Origin: Octopus vulgaris
Lineage: Eukaryota
NCBI GenBank assembly: GCA_951406725.2
Contig: OX597828.1
Span: 10,602,001-10,666,000 of the forward strand
Length of the DNA: 64,000 nucleotides
Direction: 5' to 3'
In this document: positions 1 through 15,056 of the stretch, in pieces
Layout of the letters: the number at the start of each line of letters is the position of its first letter
Position numbering within the stretch: position 1 is the stretch's first letter
Notes under the pieces: model-generated
The model's database searches: none
The model's input: the letters and a program-made list of their open reading frames with translations, nothing else
What the model was told of the DNA's origin: nothing
Made by a program: the position numbers and the translations under genes

Positions 1-1811
1 TCTTTTGTGCAGATATTCCTTACAACGAACGCTGTATAATTGAGCTGTGAGCAATTCGATCAGCAGTCTCACAAACTTCAGAAGCAACACCTCTATTACG
101 TAATTCATTATTATGCAACCTATAATCTAAGGAAAATGAGCATAATGGACATTTTTAAAATACAAAATGCACAGAAGGATGTTATTTTTGATAACGGTAA
201 TCCTGTTGAAAGAATCTATTCGCCAATCCAGCGAACAATGATATAACTTTTTCATTGTTTCGGAATCTGGTTTCGCGCAGTCTTTGTTTATTTCTCTTAT
301 ATGAAGTAGCTGATAGGAATTAAAGCACAAAAAGTCTTTTATTCCAGACATATTTTGTTTTTTATTCTTTAAGCTGTGGTGTTACGAAAGCATTCATTAG
401 GGACCATTACGTTAGTGATCCAGTAATAAAAATTTACTGAAAATGATTTTTACTTGTCTCGCTTACAATACATTCCTACTTTGATAAGAACAGCGAAGTA
501 GCAATAGACAACACTAATAATGCTGATATGCTAGTTTCAATGGCTTCCAAATGAATTGAAACGGAACACTGATCTTCGTTTAGTGGAAATATGATAACAA
601 GCAAAGCTACATAGAGCATTTGGACAGATAGGAAAATATTAGATGAATCAGTGATGGAGAGAAGAATGAAAGCGAACTAAACAGTCATCACAGAATAAGA
701 TATATACTAGCGCTAAGTGAAGTTCGATAAAAATGGACATCGCAATCATTCAGACGTAAAGTGAGAATAGGGGAATGTAATCTGGCTTACTTGCCGTACG
801 GAGAAGTAAACAGTAGGGCAGATGTCGTCATTAGCTCGGTGTTAGTTCTAGCATGTGCAATGAACGGCAAATAATACGGCACAGGAAACAGCAACTCGAA
901 TGATGTTTGGTCTTGTGAACTTCCCACTATCCACCGTCCACTTAAATTGGCGTACGGTATCCATTTTTAGGCGAAGTTCGCTATCAGCGATAACTTCGAA
1001 TCTATTATTTAGAATAATTCCTTCCTCGTGGGTTCTCATAATTTTCAACTGATAGATCCGTCAGTCTAATTTAGTTCTTTTGGATCATTCGGCAACTTTT
1101 ATTATAATCATTTGCCTACAGTTCAGTAGGTTTCTCTTAAATTAGATGAGAATGAGAAGAAAAAAAAATGCTTCACTCCGGCAGGCAGATTTTCTCGCCC
1201 AAGCGCAGCTGGTTTATAGTCTTGGCTAATCTCAAAAGCCAAACAACAGCATCGCCATTTACATTTGTAAGAGATCAAGTGAATATTGAGAAAAAGCTTT
1301 CGGATGTTTGCTAAATGGCAAACAAATGGAATATATCTGATGGAATTAGCATTGACTATAATGTTCCACGCCATGGATACAGAAGAGAAAAACTATTTTC
1401 ATCGTTATTCTATTTAAAACGTTTCGAGAGTTTCTATGGATTCTCTAGTTTCGGATTTCTCCGTGACGTGCATTCGCTTTCTTTAAGCGTTACTCCTACG
1501 TTCACCACTGAAAACAACAACAATATATGCTACTACTGCTGCTTCTACTTCAACTACAGCACCTTATAATTCTACTGCTATTGTTGCTGATGTTACTACT
1601 GCTACTGCTGTTGTTGCTACTGCTAATACTACCACCACCACCACCACCACCACCACTTTCAAACCCCGAAATATTGAATACAACGTAAGTCTACATGAAT
1701 TCGCATATTTGTTTTCTTGTGATTTACCTTGCATATATTTCTCATTGTTTTGGCCTGTCCCACAATCTTTCATACAATATATTCTACACAATGCTTCACA
1801 GTAATTATTCC

Positions 1812-1862
<51 letters not shown>

Positions 1863-1904
1863 CTACTATAGATACAAGAAATTAATCCTTTCTCATATGT
1901 ACTT

Positions 1905-2068
1905 CTAAAATTTGGGTAGGGGCATAAGTCAATTACGTCAACCCCAGTGCATATCTTTTCGGGCTCAATGAAATAAGTACCGACGGAATTTGAACTCAAC
2001 TTAAGGACGAACGAAATCTCGCTAAGCATTTTTGCCCGGCGTGCTATCGATTCTGCCAGCCCGCACGC

Positions 2069-2070
<2 letters not shown>
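1905..2070 (-). mobile_element. SINE family D copy (tRNA-like head plus central conserved domain), internally deleted
   Basis: Contains ggaatttgaactc...cgaaatctcgctaagcatttttgcccggcgtgctatcgattctgccagc, as do the copies at 7120, 10525, 25030 and 44521. The minus strand carries a B-box-like GAGTTCAAATTCC. Confidence 0.75.
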
Positions 2071-2105
<35 letters not shown>

Positions 2106-2509
2106 TATTATTATTATTATTATTATTATTGTTGTTGTTGTTGATGTTGATAATTATGATGATGATGATATATTTCCTTTATTTGCTACAAAGCCTAGGA
2201 GAGATACAAAAATGTGAAATATTCAGTAGGATTACAAACAAAAGACAGATAAGTCCAAGATAAGAAAGAAAGGATGTAAAAAAAGAAGAAGTCAGCAGAA
2301 TGTTAAAAATGCATATTTATATACTGCAAAGGGATGCGATGAGCTGGGTTGTACAGTATATTAAAGGACGAATAAAATATTCTAATGTAACATACATAAA
2401 TACATACACACGCTCATATGCATGCATCAACGGATATGTTCATTCAAATATGTGCGCACATATATGTATATGTGTGTGTGTATGTGAGAGAGAGAGAGAG
2501 AGAGAGAGA

Positions 2510-3210
2510 GTGAGTAAAAATGTTTCTATTCATGCGGAAAACCAACACTATCAGATAGGAGACGAAGTCAATGGAGATCTTGAAGAATACGAAAGCACCT
2601 ATGACAAAAACCTGACAAAATCTAAACACCGATCTACTACAATAACCTTCAGATCTCAAAGTAACACAAAAATAAAGGAAATTTCCCCAGAAAATAGACA
2701 AAGATACCCATGTCCTCTAGGACATACATATCTGCGATCATATGCGGATGTAATACGAAACAAGAGAACATACAACCCCAACCGAAGAACAAGTAGAATT
2801 CTCCATAGACCAAATCATAGACTCCCAAACGAATCACATGGAACAACAGTAGAATAAGGACTCAACCTCCAATCCAACAAGCAAGAACATACCCATAAAT
2901 AGCCAACATAAAACATTTACATACAGAAAAATACAAAATCCCCACATGAACATTCCTAACTCCATTTTTTAAGAAGGAGATCTATTACTTAAAAAAAGAA
3001 AAAATAGCACCATTATTCCAGAGATATTAGAAAATAAACACATAAGCAAATGGAAGATACGAAAGTGGTACACTAAGAAATTATACAAAGAAGAAATTAA
3101 ACTCCTGAAAATGGATTGAAAATGACACCCACTCTAAAACCCAAGCTGAACTCATAAAAGATACAGAAGAATTTTGCCGAAAATTAAGATTAAGAAAACT
3201 TTTTCTAAAT
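2510..3210 (+). pseudogene. Degenerate N-terminal ORF fragment of a Penelope-like element
   Basis: With frameshifts, 3085-3205 reads KEEIKLL-NGLKMTPT...ELIKDTEEFCRKLRLRKLF. This matches the PLE N-terminal motif E..LL.KGL.F.PTP...DL..F.R.LRL..F. The upstream part overlaps ORF 2300..2857. Confidence 0.6.
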
Positions 3211-3220
3211 AGTGGACACA

Positions 3221-3422
3221 GGCGCAGGAGTGGCTGTGTGGTAAGTAGCTTGCTTACTAACCACATGGTCATGGGTTCAGTCCCACTGCCTGGGACCTTG
3301 GGCAAGTGTCTTCTACTATAGCCTCCGGCAGACCCAAGACTTTTGGGTGGATTTGGTAGACGGAAACTGAAAGAAGCACGTCGTATATATGCATATATGT
3401 GTGTATATATGTGTGTGTGTTT

Positions 3423-3458
<36 letters not shown>

Positions 3459-3576
3459 GTGTTTGTGTGTGTCCGTGTTTCCCCCCCCCCCAGTATCGCT
3501 TGACAACCGATGCTGATGTGTTTACGTCCCCGCAACTTTGCGGTTCGGCAAAAGAGTCTCATAGAATAAGTACTAG
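3221..3576 (+). mobile_element. tRNA-derived SINE family A with internal (TA)/(TG) microsatellite, 3' truncated
   Basis: Head ggcgcaggagtggctgtgtggtaag (A box) and gggttcagtccc (B box), followed by ccttgggcaagtgtctt. Near-identical to five other copies in the window. Confidence 0.9.
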
Positions 3577-3697
3577 TCAACCTACCTCGAAGGTAAGAAT
3601 AAGGTTCCGGCTCGAACATTTTACTCGATACGGTGTTCCTAACACCATAGTACCGGAGAATGGAACACAATTTACAGAATACGAGTTCAACAGATAG
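3577..3697 (+). pseudogene. Ty3/Gypsy-type LTR retrotransposon integrase core fragment
   Basis: Translates as ...PTSKVRIRFRLEHFTRYGVPNTIVPENGTQFTEYEFNR, which matches the rve motif F.R.G.P..IVSDNG.QF.S.EF. Confidence 0.75.
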
Positions 3698-5174
3698 TGG
3701 TGTAGATTTGTTCCCTTTCTAATTAAGATAATTTCCCTTGATGTATCTCGGATCATGTATGGTAATCCTTCACAAGGAGGAAAATGTAAATTCTTTTCTT
3801 TTCCTAAGAAGAGTTATATATCTTTCCTCTTAACCGGTTTGTACAAAATTTTCCCATTTATCTATCATTCTCGTAAAACTTAGTGATGTAACAAATCCTA
3901 TGTATATTTTGTATTAAAGGTTTGAGTGTCTTCACACGACTTTAAAATGACCGCACTACAGAATTTGAAATCATGTGAGACATGTTATTATTGCTCTTAT
4001 AACTTTTACTCTTTACTAAGTAACCTAACTGAATATTTAAGTCACATTCTTTTATGAAATGTTCCCTCAACTGTTCAATTTCTTCTCCCTTTGTAGTGTT
4101 GTGTTGTCTGAGATAATTACGTGCAATACGTAGAGGGGAACACGAGCACTAAGAAAAGAAGTGACGTGTCCCAGAACTTGCACAAGATGGTGTAAAAAGA
4201 AATTGTGGCGAAGACTGACCGTCTCACATGCTGTCCGATTCATCGACTTAAGATATAATTAATTAGTCAGGAGCAGATCTAGAAGCAAATATTTTCTGGA
4301 CATGACAATACTAGATTTTGTATTTTCATTTTGCAATATGAATTATATCATTTATATACCATTCCTTCTTAAGACTGAAGGAATATGATTTGAGAGAAGG
4401 TTAAGTGCTGTGTCTAATTGACTGAGTGAAAATGTTGCGGCTACTTGGTTGACTCGAAAATGGGTTTTCCAGATATGTGCTGAGGTCAATGTATCCTATG
4501 AGAAATTTTCACAGATAGATTTTAGTTAAGCATTAACTATATGAAAGCTAGCATGAAAATATTTCAAAACATACACTGTATTTCAGATACATTCAGAAAC
4601 TAAAGTGGGCATATTGTAAATAAGGCTGTCATTTTCCTAAAGATCTTCATTTGAAGTTAGCCAAACTTTATATATAATACAAACGAGAGGTTTCTAAGAC
4701 AAAAATTTAAAACTCTTGCAATATCTTGGGCGTCAGCTTTCATCAACGACCAAAAAGTACTTATTTAATTTCCTACAGAAAAAGAGTTTGAAATTCGCCC
4801 TACTGCATTATTGTGTTTTAGAAACAATACCACGAGTTTTTGACAGATACTTGGCGTTATAAATCTGCTTAAGTCCTTTGAGAGGTACCGATACAATAGC
4901 AGCTTTCATCTTGGATGAACATATTGCTATTTTGGAAGAAACATGAAAGTCGCCAAGAAAACCTTTTGTGATTTCAAAACCAAAAAAGAAAAAACATTGC
5001 CAGCACTCTCACTTTCTGTCTAAATTTCCATAAGTGTGTGTGTGTGTGTGTACGCGCGTGTGTGTTTGTGTGTGTGAGCGTTTGCGCATGCGTGTGTGCG
5101 TGCGTATATGTATGCATGTATATCCATATATATATATATACGTATGTATGCTTATATATAAATATATGCATATT

Positions 5175-5238
<64 letters not shown>

Positions 5239-5569
5239 CGTATATTTGTGTGTGAGTATCTATCTATCGATCTATCAATCTATCAATTTTTGTATATATA
5301 TCTATATGTATATGATAACACGTGCGAAAATATTAAATATACGTACATAGATAGACATGTAGATATATGTATATGTATATATATACACTCCATATGTGTG
5401 TATATCTATCTGGTTCTCTGCTTGTTTGATTATGTATGTAAGTGCATCGTCCCAGAGGCAATGTAATAATTTTGAAATGTTATGTTTAGTTATTTTGGCT
5501 AGAAAACTTTCTAAAATATCTGAAATAAAAGAAAGCATAAATATATATATATATATATATATATGTATA

Positions 5570-5648
<79 letters not shown>

Positions 5649-5873
5649 GTGTGAATATGCCAAAAATATATAACACGCTAACAGATTGAGAATGCAGTCA
5701 TATATTTGTAGAAAAAGTATAACATTGAATAATATATAATAAGCCTAGAAATTTCTGGGTTCAATTCTCGCCTTTGACAGATATGAATTTATTATTTGTT
5801 TCACTCATTGGTCTGTTGTCATGCTGGGCTTTAACTGTTAATGGTTTTAGTGGATCTTATCGATATATATATA

Positions 5874-5921
<48 letters not shown>

Positions 5922-6334
5922 TGTGTGTCTGTGTGTCTGTGTGTGCGTGTGCGCGTTTGTGTTTGTGGGTGTGTGTTTGTGTTTGTGTGTTGCGTACATA
6001 TATTAACCTTGTACTTGTTTCAGTGAGGTATATTACTGAAATGTGAGAGAAACCTTTGAAATAAGACTACATTATTCGAAACCGTTCAACATTTGTTGAC
6101 ACAGCGTCTTTATACATAATTACACGCATTCATATACGCATGCATACATACATACATACATACAACAGGCTGGTATGCTACAACTTGTTGTTATATTCAT
6201 ATACTTTTTTAGTTCATTCTTTTATTCTAGCCGAAATCTCCAAACATAACATTTGAAAATTATTACATAGCCTCAAGGACGATGCACTTACATAAATAAT
6301 CGCACTGACAGATCGGGAAACACGTATGTTAATT

Positions 6335-6391
<57 letters not shown>

Positions 6392-7119
6392 GTATATAAT
6401 CACTTAGAGGATATTTAGACCTCTTTTTATCCAAGATACACTGGTTTAATGTATTGTATTTTCAAGAGATATCTCTTCAATGAATATATTTTATAAAATA
6501 TATTAAAATATAAAATGTTATTATTAAATTTGTAAACGGAGAGATCCAATGGATACAAATTACTACATTAATTATGCAGCATCTTCATGTACACCTCTTT
6601 TATTTCGCATCCAATTTAAACTACTAAACATATAGAAATATATAAAGTAGCATTTCATAATACTTTGGGCGGAAAGTCACCTGGGCATGAAAAAGTATTC
6701 CAACAGATCATCATAGAATCCTTGAAGTGTCCTTTTTTTATGCCTTGATGATTTTCCTTCTTCACGCTCTGTTGATTTTGCTTTGTCATGGCCTGTTGTT
6801 ATTCCAGCAATGTTATTTTAAAATGCAAGCTTATATATTTACATATGTTTTCTTGTTTAAATTGGATACGAAATGAAACAATTGTAGGTGAAGATGTTAA
6901 TGAGTAAATAAATAAATTTGTATCCATTGGTTCTCTCCATTTTCAAACTTAATAATGATAATAAGAACATGAATGTATATACATATATACGGGTACGCAG
7001 ACACACACACATCTATATGATGAATTATATATATATATATATGTATATATATGTATATATATATATAAAACACAAAATGGGAGAAGCACGCAAAACATCC
7101 GAACAACTAGGTGATACAA

Positions 7120-7423
7120 CCCCGAAATGATGAAAGGCAAAGTCGACCTCGGAGGAATTTGAACCCAGAACGTAACGGCAGAAGAAACACCTATTTCTTT
7201 ACAACCCACAAGGGGCTAAACACAGAGAGGACAAACAAGGACAGACAAACAGATTAAGTCGATTATATCGACCCCGGTGCGTAACTGGTACTAATTTAAT
7301 CGACCCGAAAGAATGAAATGCAAAGTCGACCTCGGCGGAATTTAAACTCACAATGTAACGGCAGACGAAATACAGCTACGCATTTCGCCCGGCGTGCTTA
7401 ACGTTTCTGCCAGCTCACCGCGT
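7120..7423 (-). mobile_element. SINE family D, tandem arrangement of one partial and one full copy
   Basis: cccgaaa.gatgaaa.gcaaagtcgacctcgg.ggaattt.aac.ca.aa.gtaacggcaga.gaaa occurs at about 7120-7190 and again at about 7303-7372. The head ends at ctgccagctcaccgc. Confidence 0.85.
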
Positions 7424-7971
7424 TAGTATAAAAGTATATTAAAAATGCAAACCACCTACTTGCCCCTAATTGACATAGCATTTTATTAAGTGGTATGCTG
7501 CCAATTGCCGTGAAAATGTTTCAGAAGGGAATATTCGTGAGGCAACACAAAATCGCCAAAGGTAGCAAATAAATCTTGCGACAATCTTTTAAAAAGTGCC
7601 ATTCGTGGTATCTAACTAAATCGGCAGTCTTTTCAAAACATTAGATATTCCTCCCATTTTTGAAATCTGATGCCCGGATAAACATTGACATTAAAACGTA
7701 CTATTATAAATTTCTAAGGATATCCATTTCAACACTTGTATAAGAACACACACATATAACTAGACAGGGAGGGTGATAGAAGTATATCATATAGTGTATG
7801 TGTGTATCTGTTTATCGGATGACACTATACAAAATCGCTTGATATGCGACGTAGAATAGGATAAAGTTTAATAAAAGTTAGATAAAAAGCTAGCTTCTTT
7901 TGTAGCATCATTTTCTAAATATCAATATATATCTATGCATACATGTACACACACGCACACACACACACTCG

Positions 7972-8036
<65 letters not shown>

Positions 8037-8163
8037 CGAGTGTGTGTGTGTGTGAAATCTATACATATATATATGTATATATATATATATATAAGTATAT
8101 TCATATATATAAACTCATATATGCACATATATATGCATGTATGAGTGTGCATGCGCATACGAA

Positions 8164-8206
<43 letters not shown>

Positions 8207-9130
8207 TAATATATAAATTTAAGTAGAATGTATATAGGTTGGTATATACACGATTATACGCTGACACACACACATTAATTCAAGAGGAACTGTAAATTCG
8301 AATGCACAGCCAAAGAATGAGAAAAGATAATTAGGAGGAAATATAATTCAAGTGTCTTAGATGATATCTTGCGTGGTATTCATTAAAATGCTACCGGTAT
8401 TCTGACAAAATTCAGCAGTCATATAATGTTTTGCTAGCCTCATTGGTTTTCTTTACGCTGTGTAATTAACGTATCTCATAATGTGTCCTGCTCTAAGAGA
8501 GTAATTGAAACAAATAAGCTGTCCGTAAGTGGCGGTTTTACGTGCTAGATACAGCAGCTAAATCTCCTTTATGTCACATCATATGGTCTTCAATGAGGGA
8601 TGCATTTGACGAGCCAACGAGACACTTTTGTATTCAATCGCTTTATCGTTAGACATAGCAGTTAAATTATCCCCTTATCAAGTCCAAAGAAATTTATCGG
8701 ATAAATGGTGTACAATTTAAGGCCCCTATTAAGTTAAGTTAGTTATACGTTTGTAGTTATTTGGGATATTTGGCTCTCGTTCTATATACGAATATGTGAT
8801 TTTTGCAATAGCATTTATAATCGGCTTATGATATTATATTTTAATATCATATATAGAATTATGAAGCTACTTTGAAACAGCATCATTTTGTCATTTTTAA
8901 CGCGCACACATAATTACGTTACATTACAAGCTGATCATTTTTCAATATGAAAAGCTTGGAGCATCAAGCTTGCAAACAAGAAGCATATGTATGACAAACC
9001 AATTCACATATTACTGGACATCTGTTCGAATTCTTCTAAGAAAAATAAGTTTTCTAAATAGACTTTTCATTCCTTATTCACATTTGCAGGTCACTAGTAT
9101 ATATATATATATATATATACATATATATAT

Positions 9131-9320
9131 AAGAGATAATGGTGTCATTGAGACCCAAAGGTGTCAGGTAATGCTGAATAAGTGCTATAGACAGACCATA
9201 GTTAAGTTCCAGATTCGGTAATATTGCGAATAAAGGGTTAACAGTGACTTAAATTTCCTCTCACACTGTCTTCGATGAAGGGATATTATTAATTAATACC
9301 CTACAAACAGCAGTAAGCCC
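9131..9320 (+). repeat. Dispersed repeat next to a (TA)n tract (second copy at 30528-30640), with a degenerate hammerhead-like core near its 3' end
   Basis: taatggtgtca.t.agacccaaaggtgtca..taatg.tga.taagtg.tat..aca.accatagttaagtt is shared with 30535-30610. Confidence 0.6.
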
Positions 9321-9384
9321 TTCTATCTATAAATGCTCTAATATCTATAAAGCCTTGGTTTTTTATCTTTTTACGCAAAACATG

Positions 9385-9432
<48 letters not shown>

Positions 9433-10002
9433 TCAGTATCAGCATATACAGCCTTCAGGTATGAGCAAAATTTAGTTTGGTTAAAATGTGTGAAATATTT
9501 CAACTTCTGTAGACAAATTCCTAAACGGAATTTTGAAAATACTTAATCTACCACAAGCGTACTGTTGCGTTTGTGAACTTAATTCAAACGTAATTCAAAC
9601 AGTTACGATAGGAGAACTGATGGTTGTTATTTTTGTAAGTTTCCTATGTATGTGAGAGAGTGTTAGTAATATCATATACAAGCAGCTGACTGGAACTCGC
9701 AATGAAAGAAGGATAATCAATACTGGGACGTAATGTATTGAGTCACTCTTTAAATATTCAGCGCTACCAATATATATTTTATAACAATGGGATCAAAATT
9801 CCTCTCCTTACATGTTACATATTTCAAGATTGAAAATGAAACACAGGAAAAATTGATATACCCGCTATCTGTTGATACGGCCATAACAAAATTTATTATA
9901 GCTAAAGATCAAAAGTTTTTTCCTACGACAGTTAAATTTATATGTGAATGTGAATATAGATATTTTCATGAGTTCAAGCAAAATTGGTGCTGTGTGTGTG
10001 TT

Positions 10003-10073
<71 letters not shown>

Positions 10074-10524
10074 CTGCGTGCGCACTCACATTTTAGTACT
10101 TTGTGCATTTATGAAGTGGCTCTTACATAAAATCATGTTACAAAATTAAATAGACAGAAATGACTGGAAGTTAATATAAACAAAACTTACACAAATGAAC
10201 ATAGAAAATACTTTAACATCATGACTTGATCCTATGATTTTCCAGGATCAATAATCATAAATTACATGAAACTAGTGCCATAGATATTGAATTAGTAATA
10301 TTGTATGGGTTGTTTGAATGTACAACTATGATCAGTTAACTCTGACATTTTAATGGCTTTAAAATATAAGAGTTGAAGCATGTCCCACATTGTAAGAGCA
10401 CAGTTACCTCCATAGGTCACTGGAAATGTGAATACAGGCCATCTTGACTAGAAGAGTGCCACAAATTATTTGACTATAATAAACATTGTTTTCATATATT
10501 TTAACTTCAGACAGAAATATTGGT

Positions 10525-10728
10525 ATCAAATTTTTGGAACAAGGCCAGAACTTTCAGTGAGGTGGGAGTAGGTCTGTTACATCGATCCCAGTGCTCAACT
10601 GGTACTTATTTCCTCGATCTCGATTTGATGAAAGGCAGAGCTGACCTTACCAATTTAAACTGAGAACGTAAACACGGGCTGCTAAGCATTTCGTCTGACA
10701 TGCAAACGATACTGCTAGAGCGCCGCTT
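10525..10728 (-). mobile_element. SINE family D copy, diverged
   Basis: atcgatccccagtgctcaactggtacttattt...gatgaaaggcagagctgacc...gctaagcatttcgtc. Confidence 0.75.
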
Positions 10729-11059
10729 CGTTCCAAAGAAGAATATTAAGCGTTTTCGAATATTCAAAGCCTTAGACAAACATTTATTCAATTAAAATAA
10801 TTATATGAAATGTGTAGTAAACAATTTGCTTTAGATTTTACGCTTGTTGGTATTATGGCATTCCGTTTCTTTTCTTATAAAACTGAAATCCTGTTTTTAA
10901 CTGTTTAAATGTAACAAGTCTGACCGGGCGTTGTGAGTGTTTATTAAGCGAAAACACTTAAAACCCAACGAAGCTCCGTCAGGGGTTGTCTGCGAACACA
11001 ACTGTACTCATGCACCACAACTTTCCTTCACTCTTTCTTCTTTTTTCTGTTGTACCTGT

Positions 11060-11218
11060 ATTTCAAAGAGCCAGCCTTGTCCTACTCTGTGTCACATTGA
11101 ATATCCCCAAGCACGACGTTAAGGGTACACGTGCCTGTAGAGCGCTCAGCCACTTGCACGTTAATTTCACGAGCAGGCTGTTCCGTTGATTTGGATTAAC
11201 ATAATCGACTGAGTGCTA

Positions 11219-11220
<2 letters not shown>
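11060..11220 (+). mobile_element. 3' part of SINE family C
   Basis: ttcaaagagccagccttgtc...cagccacttgcacgttaatttcacgagcagg is close to the reverse complement of 63625-63745. Confidence 0.7.
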
Positions 11221-11281
<61 letters not shown>

Positions 11282-12676
11282 CATACACACACACATATAT
11301 ATATATGTACATATATGTATATACATATACACATATGCACCATCATATCACACACCTACACCCGCACATATACAAACATTTGCATATCCGTATAAATGAA
11401 GGGGACGTGTGCATGAAAGTTGCACCGGACACAGACTTACACTCATATGCATACATATACTCATACACGTATATACACACGTACACACATATACATATAA
11501 AACGTATACATATACTGACACATGCACACATTCACACAAGTAAAAAGGAAAAAGGAAAACATTTACAAATATATTTAAAAAATTAAAAATTATAAAATTA
11601 AAAGAATCTTGCGCAGGAACATAGTAAAAATGTGTATTCTAGCCTTGATGTTGGGGGGCCCCAAACAGTAAGAGATATTGTGTCACGTGTGGAAATGATC
11701 CAAAATTTTCAGACCTTGAATTTAGACATGTAGCAGTGTCCGAGGAACTTTTACAGATCAGCCATCTTTCCATATTACAAAGATTGCACTTGCCACTTGA
11801 TGTGAATAATTTAGCCAACTTTGCATTAATAACTGAACCAACAGGTTGGAATTGTCAATCAGCAGATGGGACGGATGTTGGAGAACGGCTAATTTCGAAA
11901 CATTCAGACATTTATTAAATAATAATATACATTTACGTAACGGGTTCTGTAATTTAACGTTATGTGCATATGTGCGTGTGCATGCATGCCTCCGCGCGAG
12001 TGTGTGCGTATACGCATTTGTGTCTGTGTGTGTGTGTGTGTACGAGCAGAGATATGTAAGCATTGGGGTATGTATGTACCTGTTTGTGAATAGCGGGAGA
12101 TAAAAGGAAAGCAGCGTAAATTTTCCGAAACATTCGGTTAGTACATAAATTTAAGTTTCTCCTGCTAATCCAAAGTTCAACGGCTTCACATGATTGATCA
12201 TTCATTATCATGATATATCCCAATACTACTTTCTGCATATTTAAAAAAAAAAAGAAGAAAAATATCAAAGTTATTCATTGAGTACATCTCAATAAACATC
12301 TTTCCCAAGACGAGTGAGAAGCAACTTCTTCAATTTGATATCAATTTTAAATGAGAAAATGTTCTAAGGAAAGGAAGCGTTTGTTCGATATCCCAGCGGG
12401 TGGCTCCAGTTCGATCGACCAAAATAGTGTCTTTGTATCTGTTATTCTGTGCGTTTGTATGTATGGATGTACATACATCCATGCACATAAACATATATAT
12501 GTAATCATGTATGTGTGTGTGTGCGCGGGTATCTGTGTGTATACGGTTGTGCAATATATATTTATTTGTGTATATACACACCACACACATATATACGTAT
12601 ATAAATTATGTACTTATATAGAGATGTATATCCGAATAATATATACATATAATATATATTTCTATAACTATATGTA

Positions 12677-12740
<64 letters not shown>

Positions 12741-12750
12741 TATATATATG

Positions 12751-12815
<65 letters not shown>

Positions 12816-13047
12816 ATATATATATGTCACACCTATATTTGTATTACTAGATGAAAATACCTATATCTTGCTGAATACATATACACTCTCTCACACACAT
12901 ACATATATAAAGCTGCATATATATATATATATATATACACATACCTACGTACATACATGCATACATAAATACGTATACATACATGTATATGTATGTATAT
13001 ATATGCATATATTTATGTATGTATATATATATGTATATATATATATG

Positions 13048-13117
<70 letters not shown>

Positions 13118-14159
13118 AACATTTCTACCCTCTTTCATTCTGATTCTTTGTAAGGAAAACAAAACAAACAGATTCCTTCTGAACGAATTTACAGCATGGT
13201 TCCATTGATTGAATCTTTATTCTTGCATCGAAGACTATTTTATGTTTTTTTTCTTCGAATTTATGCAACGTTGCAATATTTTGCAGCAGTACATTGTTAC
13301 ATTCTCTGTCCCAAATAGAGAGAGACTGTGTGTGTTCACGAAGTTTAAAAGAATTGCGTTTTGTTTTGTTGGTCTCTTTATTCTCCCATTCCTACTTTTT
13401 AGAAATAAAATCGACAACAGCCAAAACGCACAAACAAATTAACAACAACCACACACTTCTCTATGTCGAAATAATACCCCTCAAAAACAACATCTCAAGG
13501 CAATGGTATCTTTTTTAGTTTTCCTAGTCTCATCCTACCACAGTCTGAATAGAGACGGTGCTTCACACAGCTTCTTCACTAAACTTTCTGTGATATTTTG
13601 TTTTGCGTTTCTATTCTGTTTATATTTCTGTGTATTCGTAAGGAAGAAAAAATCGCAGCATTGTTAATGGGAAAAGATGCAGGAAAAAATGGCTGCCCCA
13701 GATATCATTATTATCGCTGTTATTTTTTAAACCAGATGGGGAGGGTTCATGCTTGTTTTTCTTCTTTTTACTTGTTTTTGACAATTCGCTTTTGCATTGT
13801 TTTGTTTCTGCTTCTGTTGTTTGTGTTGTTACCGTTATTTCTGCCACTGTTGTTATCTTCAGAACAATATAATAACAATAGCATAGAAAATAAATAAATA
13901 AATCATAAATAATGTAAAGTAAGTATTGCTTCCATTAAAGTTACAAGTTCAAATAGCACCAGGGTTACTATTGGATTTTCTTTGTCATTCAACCTTAATC
14001 TTTTAAGAAATCGAAATTTGTAAAGCGAGTAAAAAATATGGATGGTGTTGATGATGGCATTCATTCGTCTTCTTTCTTTCTTTCATTCTTTCTTACTTTC
14101 TTATTCTTCCCTTCATCACCATCAGCATCATCTTGTTCTTTTCCTCCCCCAACTCCCCT

Positions 14160-14495
14160 TCTTCTTTTTCTTCTTTTTCTTCTTCTTCTTCTTCTTCTTC
14201 TTCTTCTTCTTCTTCTTCTTCTTCTTCTTCTTCTTCTTCTTCTTCTTCTCCTCCTCCTCCTCCTCCTTTTTCTACTTCTGTTCCTTCTTTTCCTTCTGTT
14301 CACTTCTAGTTTTTCATTTTCTTCTTTTTCATCTTCTATTCGCTCTTTCCTTTTCATAATCATCAATATCATCATCATCAACATCATCATCATCATCATC
14401 ATCATCTTAACCGCCTCAATTGAGATAAACATCAACATCATCATTCGTATTATTGAAAGAGGTGTTGATTTAGTTCTCACTATTTCATTATAAAC

Positions 14496-14555
<60 letters not shown>

Positions 14556-14556
14556 C
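14160..14556. repeat. Compound trinucleotide microsatellites (TTC)n, (TCC)n, (ATC)n, (TTA)n
   Basis: Read directly from the sequence. Confidence 0.95.
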
Positions 14557-14899
14557 ATTTCCTTCTTCTTTACTTTCTGAATATTACTGTTAACTCGACT
14601 TTAGATTTATATTAAAAAGAATTGACCCCCTTAACCAGAAAATTCGATACAAAGATATTTTCTTTTTATGGATGAAAACATAAAAGAAAGAAGCAAAAAG
14701 AAATATTTCCCATGTTTTAGTATTTTCATGTTATTTTATTTTTCATCCTATTATCATTACCGTTGTTGTTGCACGTTATGTTTTCATAATGCACTTAATG
14801 ACTAACCTCTAACTCATACAGTTATTTTGAACCCACGCTACATAAACCTCTCCCGACCACAAGTCTATTCAATCTCGCGTTCACATCTTCGTATCCACC

Positions 14900-14966
<67 letters not shown>

Positions 14967-15007
14967 TTTTTTTTTTTTTTTTTTTTTATTATTATTATTA
15001 CTATTAC

Positions 15008-15056
<49 letters not shown>

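Noticed and set aside
848-1048. 66-aa minus-strand ORF with a small hairpin at about 972-999 and a donor-like site at about 786
   Set aside because: No recognisable domain. It could be a decayed LINE endonuclease or an exon, but I cannot support either.
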